DNA of 64,000 bases from Nitrosopumilus sp. (GTDB lineage Archaea > Thermoproteota > Nitrososphaeria > Nitrososphaerales > Nitrosopumilaceae), in assembly GCA_965218695.1 (NCBI GenBank), contig OZ244651.1:2144001-2208000 (forward strand), given 5' to 3'. Positions 40,423-51,039 of the stretch are shown here, one piece after another. The notes beneath the pieces are model-generated. The model worked only from the letters and a program-made list of their open reading frames with translations, was not told where the DNA came from and did no database searches. The stretch's first letter is position 1. Each line of letters begins with the position of its first letter. Both the position numbers and the translations under genes were made by a program.

Positions 40423-40833
40423 ATGACTTGCAAAGGAATTTGTGTTAGATATAAGGCTCAAAAGCCTGTTGGAACCGGACGATACGCTTCGGGACAACGT
40501 CGATGCCAAATTTGTGAAATATTCATCAAATGGGAAGGACTCTGGTGTCCATGTTGTGGCTACAGACTGCGAACCAAACCACGCAATCTGAAGTACAAGG
40601 CAAAACTGCGTGCCCGAGTTGAAGCCGACTCGATCGAGGCCAAACCGGACATGACTGTCCAGCCTGAGGTAGTAGTGGCATCAACCAAGGTGGCAAAAAC
40701 CAGAGAAAAGGCACCATGCAGATACTGCGAGAGGCTGTTTGTCTATCCTGGCAAGCATGAAAAGAACTGCAAAAAGAACCCCACACATGCTGCCATCCCC
40801 CAGGAGCATGAATCAATAGCAATAAAAGCATAG
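40423..40833 (+). CDS. Thaumarchaeal Cys-rich zinc-finger protein
   Basis: MTCKGIC...CQIC...CPCCG..LRTKPR, plus CRYC...H...C. Confidence 0.75.
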   Translation: MTCKGICVRYKAQKPVGTGRYASGQRRCQICEIFIKWEGLWCPCCGYRLRTKPRNLKYKAKLRARVEADSIEAKPDMTVQPEVVVASTKVAKTREKAPCRYCERLFVYPGKHEKNCKKNPTHAAIPQEHESIAIKA

Positions 40834-40848
40834 GACAATGTTCAAAGT

Positions 40849-41193
40849 GTGTTGAACTCTCCAGACGGAACCTGTCAGAAGATGGTATGTCTGGAGAACC
40901 GCACTTTTTCTTTATTGACTCAACGGTTCGAGAATGGATGTTCCGTATTCATCAGCGAGGGATCGGCCCGGATAGGATCCATGACTGCATCCTTGGCAGG
41001 TGGGCCGGCGCCGGTGACCATTACCATCATTCCATCAAAGACCGAGTCCCTCTTCCTGAAGCTTGCAGCAGAGCGCCTCAGTACGCGGATGCGTGGTATT
41101 GCGCTTGTCTCGGTGTTTGTACAAAGGGAGTTGGGATCAGATACTGCCAAGGCCCTGATGAGCCAGATGATGGAGATGATCGAGGATGACTGA
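40849..41193 (+). CDS. Hypothetical protein
   Basis: 114-aa ORF overlapping the ubiD-family start. Confidence 0.6.
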   Translation: MLNSPDGTCQKMVCLENRTFSLLTQRFENGCSVFISEGSARIGSMTASLAGGPAPVTITIIPSKTESLFLKLAAERLSTRMRGIALVSVFVQRELGSDTAKALMSQMMEMIEDD

Positions 41194-42532
41194 CCTGAGG
41201 GAGTACATCTCCAAGATACGAGACAGCGGGGATCTATTGACTGTAAAATCTCAGGTATCTCCAGTCTTTGAGATTGCCGGGATCACGGCAAAGTCCGACG
41301 GATCTCATGCTCTGATGTTTGAGGATGTGGAGGGGAGCGACTTTCGGCTTGCCGCCAACCTTGTAGGGACCAAAAGCAGGTTTGCAGCCGCAATCGGGGC
41401 ACCTGAGGGTGGTATCCACAAGAGGATAATCTCAGCAATCAACCAGACAAGGCGGCCGGAGACTGCCCCGTCTGGCAGATTCATGGAGAACAGAACTAGA
41501 GACGCCTCATGTCTGCCTGTTATCACCCACTTTGAAAAGGAGCCAGGCCCGTTCATCACCTCGTCTATGGTATATGTCAAGAATCCGGATACCGGTATGC
41601 AGAACTCCTCATTTCACCGGATGATGCCCATTGATGATACGCATTTCTCAATAAGGCTGGTCGAGGGGCGTCATCTGCACAGATGTTTTGTGGATGCAGT
41701 GGGGCACGGGGAGGATCTGAAGATAGCAATTACTGTGGGTGTTCATCCCGCAGTCTCGATTGCAGGGGCATACCAGGAGGAGTGGGGCTCAGACGAGATC
41801 GACATTGCAAACTCCCTGCTTGGCGGCAGGCTTGCCCTTGCTAAGCTTCCGATTACCGGCCTGGCAATCCCGTCAGGAGCTGAGATTGTGATGGAGGGAA
41901 GAATACTTGGAGACCGGACTCACGAGGAATGGATGGTTGAGATGCTTCAGACATACGATCACAAGAGACACCAGCCGGTCTTTGAAGTAGACTGCCTGTA
42001 CTATAGGAACAATCCCATATTCCATGACATTCTGTCAGGGTATTCTGAGCACAGACTGCTGATGGGAATGCCGATCGAGTCAAAACTGAACAGGGACATC
42101 AAGGAGGCGTTTCCGCAGACCCGCAGGGTATCGCTGACAGGTGGGGGCTGCAACTGGCTACACGCAGTGGTGCAGATTGAAAAGAGACAAGAGTCGGATC
42201 CCCGGGAGATAATCGACAAGACGTTTGCATCCCACCGCTCCCTCAAGCAGGTGGTGGTAGTCGATACAGACATTGATCCGGATGATGCCAGCTCAGTCGA
42301 GTATGCCATGGCCACTCGGTTCCAGGCCGACAGGGATCTTGTAATTCTGAGAAACGTAAGGGGTTCGAGTCTGGATCCATCCAGTGATCAGGCCAAACTG
42401 CAGACTGCAAAGATGGGCATCGATGCGACCCGATCGTTTACAAAACGCCAAGAGGGGTTTGAAGTGGCAAGGATTCCTGGAATCGACGGGATCAGTCTTG
42501 ATGGGTATGATTTGACGGATCGTACCGCTTAA
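41186..42532 (+). CDS. UbiD-family decarboxylase
   Basis: N.S.HR, AEIVMEG, VVVDTDID, GSSLDPS and KMGIDAT. Confidence 0.9.
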   Translation: MTDLREYISKIRDSGDLLTVKSQVSPVFEIAGITAKSDGSHALMFEDVEGSDFRLAANLVGTKSRFAAAIGAPEGGIHKRIISAINQTRRPETAPSGRFMENRTRDASCLPVITHFEKEPGPFITSSMVYVKNPDTGMQNSSFHRMMPIDDTHFSIRLVEGRHLHRCFVDAVGHGEDLKIAITVGVHPAVSIAGAYQEEWGSDEIDIANSLLGGRLALAKLPITGLAIPSGAEIVMEGRILGDRTHEEWMVEMLQTYDHKRHQPVFEVDCLYYRNNPIFHDILSGYSEHRLLMGMPIESKLNRDIKEAFPQTRRVSLTGGGCNWLHAVVQIEKRQESDPREIIDKTFASHRSLKQVVVVDTDIDPDDASSVEYAMATRFQADRDLVILRNVRGSSLDPSSDQAKLQTAKMGIDATRSFTKRQEGFEVARIPGIDGISLDGYDLTDRTA

Positions 42533-42557
42533 ATCCGCGGGTCTGAATTTTTATACC

Positions 42558-43076
42558 ATGTCTGCAGGATACCGGCCGGATCAGAGAACCTCTTCTGAGT
42601 CACGCGCCGAGGTGATAGTCCGAATGTTTCCATCAGATGCCAACCCTGCAGGCAACGTCTTTGGAGGCCAGATACTCAAGCACATTGATATGGTGGCAGG
42701 GATAGTTGCCCAGAGGCACTCTCGGTCCAACGCTGTCACAGTGTCAATGGACAGTGTCAGCTTTCTCAAACCGGTCCTTGTCGGAAACGTCCTTACACTG
42801 AGTGCCCGGATAAATTACGTCCATAATTCATCAATGGAGATCGAAGTCAGGACCGAGGCCGAGGACATAATTACCGGGATCAGTACGGTCACCGGTACTG
42901 CATTTGTGACGTTTGTGGCACTTGACGAGAATGGAAACCCCACGCCCGTCCCCGGACTGATTCTCAGTACAGACGAGGACAGGATCAAGTTTGAGGAAGG
43001 ACGGCTCAGGATGGAAAAGCGACTGCAGGCCAGACACCCGGATCGAACCACATCCACCGGAGCAAACCTGCCATAG
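42558..43076 (+). CDS. Acyl-CoA thioesterase (hotdog fold)
   Basis: FPSDANPAGNVFGG.IL..ID and SSMEIEV. Confidence 0.9.
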   Translation: MSAGYRPDQRTSSESRAEVIVRMFPSDANPAGNVFGGQILKHIDMVAGIVAQRHSRSNAVTVSMDSVSFLKPVLVGNVLTLSARINYVHNSSMEIEVRTEAEDIITGISTVTGTAFVTFVALDENGNPTPVPGLILSTDEDRIKFEEGRLRMEKRLQARHPDRTTSTGANLP

Positions 43077-43111
43077 ATTGGTTTAAGAGAGGCAGCGTGT
43101 TACACCAATTA

Positions 43112-43513
43112 ATGTCCGGACAAGACAACGATGCACAATGGGATTCATTGTGGCAGGAATACTCCAAGTCACTTGAAAACTGGAAGACGCTCTTTGAGCA
43201 GATGCAGAAGGCAAGCACCGAGATGCAGTCCAAGTTCAACGAGGTCTGGGAAAAGGCCACTGCCGAATCCAGCAACGATACCCTCAAGTCGTTTGGAGAA
43301 AATTGGCAAAAGGCCATGACTGAGACCAACATGAGGGCCTTTGAGGGATGGCAGAAGAGCCTTGGCGATACAGGCAAGTCTACGTTTGCACAGTTTGCCG
43401 ACAGCTGGCAGAAATCCCTCGGCACGTCGGGACTGGATCAGATGAACGCCTACGGGGAGATGATGATGAAGTTTGCCGATACCTGGAATTCGATGTGGCC
43501 AAAATCAGGCTAG
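43112..43513 (+). CDS. Trp/Gln-rich amphipathic helical hypothetical protein
   Basis: Repeated F...WQK units. Confidence 0.6.
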   Translation: MSGQDNDAQWDSLWQEYSKSLENWKTLFEQMQKASTEMQSKFNEVWEKATAESSNDTLKSFGENWQKAMTETNMRAFEGWQKSLGDTGKSTFAQFADSWQKSLGTSGLDQMNAYGEMMMKFADTWNSMWPKSG

Positions 43514-44410
43514 CATGAATTGAGAGAGAAACTCTTATTTTTTTGCACCTGCACGGCCTTGGAGATAATGACTGCCGTCGGGGTTGCCGGGTACCTGCTG
43601 TACCTTGGGGAACACATACTGGCGCTGATCTCAACTGTAGTGTTTGGCAAGCTGATCGTGTTTCATTTTGTCATGGAATATTTTGACAGGAGCAGTAATC
43701 CCAGATGTGCCATCTAGCACCTGATGCAAACAGATCAATGGGGGCACGCCCAGACGATCCTTATGTACCACCAAAAAGATCGCCTGAGACGCGATATGAT
43801 GAACAATGGCAAAATATATGAATCTGTTGAGAAGGTGCTGAGAGAAAGCATCGTGCCGTCCGCCGAGGTCTCCAAAAGGTACAACGCGACATATGGCGCA
43901 AGCGACTTTAACGTCGGCATGCTGCATGCCGCGATGCTTGACACTTCGGTCGGCGGATGCAGCTTCGCCATGAGAGAAATCACGGCGCAGTCCATCGAGA
44001 ATCCAAGATATTCACGTCATTCTCCAAGCGACGAGTGGTTTCGCGATATCCTGTCCAAGACGGACGAGGGTAAGGCGCTTGAGACTTTTAACCAGGCGGT
44101 AAGGGCACAGCTGGATGAGCTTTACCTGTTTGGCAGGCTGCCTGATGTGCTTGATGTGGCCATCGACATGCACCTGATACCGTGCCACAGCAAGAAACTT
44201 GGCTCTGACCTGAGAGGCGGAGAGCGCAAGAGCGGCACCAACAGATTCGAGGCGTACATCACGGCGCAGTGCGTCAACTCCAAATCGCGGCTTATCCTTG
44301 CGGCCCTATACGTGGGCAAGTCCTCATCCGTGCACGAATCCCTGCGTGAAATCCTCAATTCGTGCCTAGAAAACGTCTCCGCCGTCGGATCCAGGCTGGG
44401 ACTGATCCTG

Positions 44411-45582
44411 AGACATAATCCGTAATTAGAAATTGTACATATTTTCCTATACTGTGTAGGTTTTTTGACTCCTATCAGGTTGCTTCCCGGACTAGGAGAA
44501 CCCTGAGGTTGGCAAATCCGCAGACGATGTCATTGACGGTGTCGTATTTTTTCAGGCGGTTTCGGTAGACACCGCTCATTATGCGAAACCGTTTGACCCT
44601 GCGGATGGCGTGCTCCACATACACCCGTGCCTTTGAGTGCTTTTTGTTGAATTCCTTCTGCTCGGGGGACAATTCTGCGCCTTTTTGCTTCTTGTACGGC
44701 ACTACTGCATCCCGGTCAGGAAATTCTTTGTTGATCCCCTGGTATCCGTTGTCCAGGATCTCTCTGACTTTGATCCTTTCCTTGTCCTTGCTCCCGTCCT
44801 TGCGTGGAAGGTTGTCAGGGAATGTCGGGTGTTTCTTCTTGAATACTGCAAAGTCGTGGATCCTGCCCGGGGAATGCCGGGTCTTGTGAAGGATGAGGCC
44901 GTCCGTGGCCGACGTGTACTGGACCTTGGACGTGTGCCTGTGTGCCTTGCCCGAGTAGTGGGACCGTTCCATGTCCTTGCGTCCGGGACGCTGTATCTGC
45001 TGCTCGGAGGCATCAATCAGGGCAGTCAGGCCAGGAATGATCTCCTCAAGATCGTCAAGCGTCTTGGTGGCCTTGATGTTGGCGTAGATCTTTGACGGAA
45101 GCGGAACGCACTGCCGGATCGACGGCTCCAGTGCCCCCATGCTGCGGGACACACTGGCCTGACCCACATGGAACGTCAGGGCAAGAAGATCCTGCGTAGC
45201 GTATGTCCTGTAATAAAACAGGACCAGAAGAAACCTGTTTTTCAGATCCAGTTTCCACCTGCGTCCGGCACCAATGCCGCGCACCCTGCTTCTTTTGGCG
45301 AGTCGCTTTTGCTCTGCCTTGGGGTATTTTTTTGCCAGCCGCCCTGCCACCAAATTAAATTCGGAGACTGTCAGTCCAGTGCACCGGATGAACAGTTTGG
45401 GCTTTTTTGCTAATTTGTCGTATAATGACATGCTTTGACATTGGCAATCAGAATAAAACACGGCTGACGTATAGTTTTGATCATCGGGCAAGTTCGAATT
45501 GACATGCAATTCCATGCAGTCAGCCAGATTTGTCCTGCAATGCGTCCAATCTCGTGATTATGCCCAATTACGGATGATGTCT
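44411..45582 (-). mobile_element. IS5-family element (ISL2-like), copy 1, 1172 bp
   Basis: 17-bp TIR AGACAT(A/C)ATCCGTAATT; 3-bp TSD CTG. Confidence 0.9.
44475..45431 (-). CDS. IS5-family DDE transposase
   Basis: TGLT..EF HTH, IDASE, YSGK, HD, LDNGYQG and RVYVEHAI. Likely start MSLYD. Confidence 0.9.
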   Translation of the reverse strand: MSLYDKLAKKPKLFIRCTGLTVSEFNLVAGRLAKKYPKAEQKRLAKRSRVRGIGAGRRWKLDLKNRFLLVLFYYRTYATQDLLALTFHVGQASVSRSMGALEPSIRQCVPLPSKIYANIKATKTLDDLEEIIPGLTALIDASEQQIQRPGRKDMERSHYSGKAHRHTSKVQYTSATDGLILHKTRHSPGRIHDFAVFKKKHPTFPDNLPRKDGSKDKERIKVREILDNGYQGINKEFPDRDAVVPYKKQKGAELSPEQKEFNKKHSKARVYVEHAIRRVKRFRIMSGVYRNRLKKYDTVNDIVCGFANLRVLLVREAT

Positions 45583-46387
45583 CTGGTTGACAGGGGCTTC
45601 TTTTCAGTGAACTCAATATCCGAGATTGAGCGTCTTAGCCTTGAGTACCTGATGCCGTGCACCAGAACCAGTAGGGTGAAAGACTCGCTGCGCAAGTTCG
45701 TGGCCAAAACGCTCGGCCCCATCTCAAAATCCGACATGACGAATTCTGACAAGGCAACGGTTCAGTACCACATGATCATAGCAGAGAAGAAGAGAGTAAG
45801 GAAGGAAAGTGAGGGGGCGAAGAACGGGGACAAGAAGGCAGGTGCGCCGGAAGATCGATACATTGCGTTTGCCACCAATGCCCCGTGGATGGATGTAGAG
45901 GAATATTCCAAAAGGTGGACCATCGAGACATGCTACAGACTGGTAGAGAATGCCAGGGCGAAATCGTTCGGCAGCAGTAGGCCTGCCCGGCTTTTCTGCT
46001 TTCTGTACTCGCTGATGCTATTCAATGCGTGGGTGCTGGTAAACGCGCAGCTGGCCAGCTTTCTGAAGCTGCGTGACGGAGTCCTTCCGGTGACGCAGCT
46101 GTATATGAAAATTGTCACGCTAATAGCAATCTATCGGAATATTACGATTCAGCCCGAGCCACCGCCAGATCCCGTGGCTCCGTGAGCACATCTGGGATTA
46201 CTGAGGAGGTCTGCTGCGATCCTGGCAGCCGGAAAGAGCGGCTCATGTACCTGTTCAGGCAGCCTCCAAAACTAGGAATGGTTACTTGCATGATTCATGT
46301 CTTGATGGATTCTGGCCCTGCAAACATACATGTTCCTTCCGTATAGGGGAATATCTGTCATTAGGCACTGCTGAGCATGTCCGGTTT

Positions 46388-46750
46388 CTAGGATGCATAC
46401 CTTGACTGTCTCTTGAGGTTGGTTGCCAGCTCCTTGAAGATCTCATTCACACTGACATCAACCAGATTGATTGTGGCGTTCTCCTTTACGATCTGTTTTT
46501 CAAATTTTTCCTTTATTGCAAATGAGACCGACGACCAGTGCAGGATTCCCCTCAACTGTTCATCGACTGTTGCGTTCGTGGTGGGAAAGTTCGCCGACGA
46601 AAAGACGATTCCGTTTGTCCACTGCATTGTCGGGATTCCACCTCCAGATGTACGCGTACTGAATGCTATCTGTTTTACCCAGTCATCAAACTTGTATTCT
46701 ATTACCTCGTGAATGATAAGCTTCTTCCATGGCTCAATGGATATGTCCAT
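46388..46750 (-). CDS. Conserved hypothetical protein
   Basis: MDISIEPWKKLIIHEVIEY...; coherent ORF. Confidence 0.6.
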   Translation of the reverse strand: MDISIEPWKKLIIHEVIEYKFDDWVKQIAFSTRTSGGGIPTMQWTNGIVFSSANFPTTNATVDEQLRGILHWSSVSFAIKEKFEKQIVKENATINLVDVSVNEIFKELATNLKRQSRYAS

Positions 46751-46926
46751 CCCTCTTACTTGGTTTATGCACATTATAACCTTGTTCACTAGAACACCTG
46801 CATGCACTACAGTCCGGCTCCATACAATGCCAGACATGGCGTGCACGATTTTACCAGTCCTGGCATGACCCGGAGATGTTCTATCCGTCGTGTTTATTTA
46901 CCGGTTGCTATTCATTATTTTTTGAA

Positions 46927-47256
46927 ATGAAGAAATGGGCAGACTATCTGATCTCTCAGGTTCAGTACGATGCTGATCATCTGATCTCCTTTGCCATGTG
47001 TCATGAGGACGTAGGCCAGACGCTTACTGACGGGGCACTTGTAGACAGAATGACGCTGTCCTCTGAACTTAAGAAGAACCGCAGGTACGCCACCGTATAT
47101 GACTGGGGAAAGTCTTGGAAGGTTGGACACCGGATCCGGTTGCATAAGGTTGGCGGCTTACCATACATACGAATCGATGACAACCAGGTCAATCTGGATT
47201 ACTTGGGGGATCTGCCGGAAATATCTGCACCCATGTTGGAAAACTCCTCAGAGTAG
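46927..47256 (+). CDS. DUF3892-like hypothetical protein
   Basis: WADYLIS.V.Y...YIRID.N....D.LG.LPE. Confidence 0.6.
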   Translation: MKKWADYLISQVQYDADHLISFAMCHEDVGQTLTDGALVDRMTLSSELKKNRRYATVYDWGKSWKVGHRIRLHKVGGLPYIRIDDNQVNLDYLGDLPEISAPMLENSSE

Positions 47257-47375
47257 ATCCATCCACGATTGATTCCCACTGTAGATTCATGGAGTGCACA
47301 CGAATATACTGCCGGCAGACTATCCTTGGCGTTTCTGACTACCAAACCAGGATGCATATGAGATGCACATGCGGG

Positions 47376-47993
47376 TTAGCACACTACCAATGCCTGGTTG
47401 AATTTCTTTATGGCTTCCTGATACACCGTTATCGAGTCGCTGCTTGATGTCTTGAGGAATTTTTCCCACTGCTCGTTGAATTTGTTTATCGTCTTGATGT
47501 TAGTATTCCCAAAGATGTTCTCAATCATGCTTGTCTGTTGCCTTATGTATGTCGGACCGATTACTTCCCATGTATTCTGCCAGCTTGCGCTGATCCTCTT
47601 TAACACCTCTGCATCCGTCTCCAATGCCCTCTGGTAGGCGGCACGGTAAGTAACCAGGGTTTTATTTGTCGTGTCATACCACCACGCAAGAGCATCCTTC
47701 CAGTTGTCTAGAGCATGATTGTACTCTTCCCACGTCTCCTCAAACTCGGATCTGATCTCCTCTTTTGTTCTGGCCGGTTCCATGATGGTGGTCTTTCGTG
47801 GCGCACTGGCCGGTTTCCCTGCGGGCTTTTGACTCGTTGCAGGCTTTACCTTGGCCGGTTCCATGATGGTGGTCTTTCGTGGCGCACTGGCCGGTTTCCC
47901 TGCGGGCTTCTGCGTACCTGCGGATTCTGCCTTGATGCTGACTGTAGCATTCTTCCTAGAATCAACTGTAAACCTCTTCTTCTTCCTAGCCAT
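47376..47993 (-). CDS. Hypothetical protein with Lys/Pro/Ala-rich repeated N-terminus and Trp-rich helical C-terminus
   Basis: QKPAGKPASAPRKTTIMEPA occurs twice, followed by WEEYNHALDNWK. Confidence 0.65.
   Translation of the reverse strand: MARKKKRFTVDSRKNATVSIKAESAGTQKPAGKPASAPRKTTIMEPAKVKPATSQKPAGKPASAPRKTTIMEPARTKEEIRSEFEETWEEYNHALDNWKDALAWWYDTTNKTLVTYRAAYQRALETDAEVLKRISASWQNTWEVIGPTYIRQQTSMIENIFGNTNIKTINKFNEQWEKFLKTSSSDSITVYQEAIKKFNQALVVC
47771..47909. repeat. 58-bp direct repeat, two copies, period 81 bp
   Basis: Identical at 47771-47828 and 47852-47909. Confidence 0.9.
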
Positions 47994-48007
47994 GTAAAAC
48001 CCCAAGT

Positions 48008-48199
48008 TCAGTCATTGTTAAACTTTTCAATTGTATTCTCATGGCGTCTATCTGATGCCCTAATAAAATTCGATGCATGCTTGACATCCTTGTCCACAAA
48101 CAACGCATAGTGTTTTTTGCACAGGTTTCTCTTCTCCCTGAACCCAACCCTCACTGTTTTGACTGCCTTGGACTTGCACTCTGATATGCTGCACTGCAA
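48008..48199 (-). CDS. Small Cys/His zinc-binding protein
   Basis: CSISEC...LCKKH. Start is uncertain. Confidence 0.55.
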   Translation of the reverse strand: MQCSISECKSKAVKTVRVGFREKRNLCKKHYALFVDKDVKHASNFIRASDRRHENTIEKFNND

Positions 48200-48323
48200 T
48201 ATGACAGATCGCACAGATTCACTAATAAAACTTTGAAACCGTTTCCATACAGGCTCCGAAGTATATTTCAAGTGAAACCCCGCTTATCCATTATCCTGTC
48301 TGCAATACCGGCCCGTCTATTCC

Positions 48324-49253
48324 CTACAGCGCAGAGTCTACCATCAGCGCGATAAACAGTACTGCCAGGTACGGGCTAGAAAACTTGAACAGGGTCCATG
48401 AGGCTTTCTCCATGGGCTTTGCGATCACCCATGCTGACAGGATTATCATCAGCCCGCCTGATGCTATGGCAGTCCAGAGGTATACGCTACCCACCATCGC
48501 CTCACCGTCCCCCGTGGTTATGAAGAACGGAGCAATCGAGAACAGTACCATCACCACAGTTGAGCCTGCAATGGCCCTTGCCGATGTCTTCTCAGACTGC
48601 ACCGCAGTCAGCATCGGGATGTTGACCTTGTTGTAGTCCTCCTTGAAGTGCAGTGTAAGGGCCCATATGTGCATCGGAATCCAGATGAATACCAATCCTG
48701 CCATTGCCAGTCCCATCGTCCACAAATCAGACGTTGTTACTGCAACCCATCCTATCATGGGAGGCGATCCACCGCACAGTCCGCCCAGAATGATGTTGGT
48801 TCTGGAGTTTCGTTTCAGGGCGTACGAGTAGACAAGTACGTTGTTTAGCAGTCCAAATGCAATGAATGCAGCAGCCCAGGCACCCTGCTCTACGGTTGTA
48901 GTAAGCGATATTGCAAGGGCCAAAACCATGGATATTGCTGCCAGCGCGAGTCCGAAGTTTCTTGCCTTGACTGCCGGATAGATTCTCTTTGAGGGCAACG
49001 GCCTCTTCTTGGTTCTCTCCATGATTGCATCAATGTCCCGGTCGTGATAGTTTGTCAGGGTGTTTGCCGCCGCCGATCCGGCAGCCACAGAAAAGAGCAT
49101 TAGTGCCCATGTGGCAGGCGATATCTCAATCTGGTATATGTTGGATGCAGTAAGGGCCGCACCAAATGCGGTAAACACCAGCAGGTACCATATCTTGGGC
49201 TTTGTGAGTTCATAGTATACTGCGATCCTTGATTCTGTTCTCTGTCTCTGCAA
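48324..49253 (-). CDS. cyoE: Protoheme IX farnesyltransferase (heme o synthase)
   Basis: YELTKP, DRDIDAIMERTKKRPLPS and W.PMH.W...EDY. Confidence 0.93.
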   Translation of the reverse strand: MQRQRTESRIAVYYELTKPKIWYLLVFTAFGAALTASNIYQIEISPATWALMLFSVAAGSAAANTLTNYHDRDIDAIMERTKKRPLPSKRIYPAVKARNFGLALAAISMVLALAISLTTTVEQGAWAAAFIAFGLLNNVLVYSYALKRNSRTNIILGGLCGGSPPMIGWVAVTTSDLWTMGLAMAGLVFIWIPMHIWALTLHFKEDYNKVNIPMLTAVQSEKTSARAIAGSTVVMVLFSIAPFFITTGDGEAMVGSVYLWTAIASGGLMIILSAWVIAKPMEKASWTLFKFSSPYLAVLFIALMVDSAL

Positions 49254-49255
49254 CG

Positions 49256-49723
49256 CTAATCCCTTCTGCTTGAGGGCATATATGGCATTGCCTTTCCGTG
49301 CGCCTTCATCTCAATGAACGACTCTGAGGATCGGATCCCCTCTATCCTGCCGACTCCCTCTGAGACTCTCTTGTGCATCTGTTCCAGTGATGTGGAATAC
49401 ATGGTTACCAGTATGTCAAACCTCCCTGTCACCTCTGCTATCTCCCTGACCCCCTCAATCTTGAACAGCTCCTCGATTATGTGATCCCTCATCTTTGTAT
49501 CAATGTTTATTCCGACCAAGGCCTTTACGCCGTATCCAAGCTCCTGGTCATTTACCACTATTGTAAACCTCTCTATCAGCTTCTTTCTGACCATTCTCTT
49601 GATTCTCGAGTACACCACTGATGCGTTGACGTTGATCTTTTTTGACAGGCGCGGAATCGACATCGAGGCGTCATTGGAGAGCTCTGAGAGAATGAGAAGA
49701 TCCAGATCGTCTATCCTTGCCAT
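49256..49723 (-). CDS. Lrp/AsnC family transcriptional regulator
   Basis: IDDLDL.IL..L..DA and EVTGRFD. Confidence 0.9.
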   Translation of the reverse strand: MARIDDLDLLILSELSNDASMSIPRLSKKINVNASVVYSRIKRMVRKKLIERFTIVVNDQELGYGVKALVGINIDTKMRDHIIEELFKIEGVREIAEVTGRFDILVTMYSTSLEQMHKRVSEGVGRIEGIRSSESFIEMKAHGKAMPYMPSSRRD

Positions 49724-49780
49724 CCAAAACACCAGCTCTAGTGTACATTTACAGTTCTTATAAAGCTATTATTGCAAAAA

Positions 49781-50872
49781 TTACAATAAAACCGATTTAA
49801 TCTTACCTTTTTTGTAGAGCATCTCTGCAAGCAGAACTGCACCCTTTGCAGAACCCATCTTTTTGTTGTGTGAGAACAGTATGTACTTGATGCCGGAATC
49901 AAAGAGCTCCTCCTTCTCGACACGTCCTATGGTGGTTGTCATGCCATCCCCTACGGTTCTTTCCATTCTTGGCTGGGGCCTGGTGGGATCCTCGTGAAAC
50001 GCATAGTAGTCCTTTGGCGCCGAAGGCAGGCCTGCCACCGTAACAGTCTGGTTGTAGGAATCGTACATCTCCTTTGCCCTGCCAGGATCTATGTCATCAC
50101 GCGTCTCCACAAAGACAGATTCGGTATGGCCGTCAATTACTGGGACCCTTGTGCATGTGCAGCTTACCCTGATGTCGGCATCCTCTATCCTGCCGTCTGC
50201 AAGACTTCCAAGAATCTTTCTGGTCTCGGTCTTTACCTTTCCCTCCTCCTTGGGTATGAATGGCAGTATGTTGTCTGTGATGCCCATTGCAGATACGCCG
50301 GATTTTCCGCCACCCGAGATTGCCTGCATTGAGGTCATCAGGACCTTCTTTACACCATACTTGTCCAGAAGCGGCTTGAGCGTGATGGCAAGACCCGTCG
50401 TGGTGCAGTTGGGCAGCGGTGCCACCCAGCCCTTCCAGTTGCGGTTTTTCTTTTGCACCTCAAGCAGCTCGGCATGCTCGTCGTTCACGCCGGGAATGAG
50501 AATCGGAACGTCATCTTCGTACCTGTATGCAGAACTAGTCGAGATTACAGGCACATGCTCTGCCATGGCAGTCTCTATGTCCCTTGCAGCCACGGATTCG
50601 ACTGCAGAGAAGACCAGATCCAGCTGGGATGTGTCAAGCTCGTGAATCCGCCTGACCTTCATGGATTTGATGTACTTGGGGATCTCCCCGCCAACATACC
50701 ATGCTATGATTCCGCTTGAATCCCTTATGGCATCCAGATAGTTCTTGCCGGCCGATCGCTCGGATGCTGCAATCTGGGTCACCTCGAACCACGGATGGTT
50801 CTCCAGCGACTGAACAAACTCCTGTCCAACGGATCCGGTAACGCCGATGATTGCTGTCCTGATCTTTTGCAT
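49781..50872 (-). CDS. asd: Aspartate-semialdehyde dehydrogenase
   Basis: G.TGSVGQ, PNCTT, QAISGGG and RVPVIDGH. Confidence 0.93.
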   Translation of the reverse strand: MQKIRTAIIGVTGSVGQEFVQSLENHPWFEVTQIAASERSAGKNYLDAIRDSSGIIAWYVGGEIPKYIKSMKVRRIHELDTSQLDLVFSAVESVAARDIETAMAEHVPVISTSSAYRYEDDVPILIPGVNDEHAELLEVQKKNRNWKGWVAPLPNCTTTGLAITLKPLLDKYGVKKVLMTSMQAISGGGKSGVSAMGITDNILPFIPKEEGKVKTETRKILGSLADGRIEDADIRVSCTCTRVPVIDGHTESVFVETRDDIDPGRAKEMYDSYNQTVTVAGLPSAPKDYYAFHEDPTRPQPRMERTVGDGMTTTIGRVEKEELFDSGIKYILFSHNKKMGSAKGAVLLAEMLYKKGKIKSVLL

Positions 50873-51039
50873 GTTCTGGGTTGGTTCTACTCAATTAATA
50901 ATAGTTTTCTGTTGTCTCAAACCACCCAAGTGGCGGTTCATACCCGGCCTGCAGATTCAAACGAGCAACAGCATCCTTTGCAGACTGCAAACCCCGCAAT
51001 TACCAAAACATACTATATCTGCAGGCACCATCCAAAACC

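Larger units (their letters stand above)
43724..46185 (+). pseudogene. ISH3 transposase disrupted by IS5
   Basis: VAIDMH...LIL|VDRGFFS...YSKRWTIETCYR. The halves rejoin in frame when the IS5 is removed. Confidence 0.85.
43693..46203 (+). mobile_element. ISH3-family insertion sequence carrying a nested IS5
   Basis: Perfect 18-bp TIR CAGTAATCCCAGATGTGC. 5-bp TSD AGGAG at 43688-43692 and 46204-46208. Confidence 0.9.
43520..46275 (+). pseudogene. Small membrane protein gene interrupted by ISH3
   Basis: Removing the IS and one AGGAG joins ...MEYFDR to RSAAILAAG...QN-stop (46275) in frame. Confidence 0.5.
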
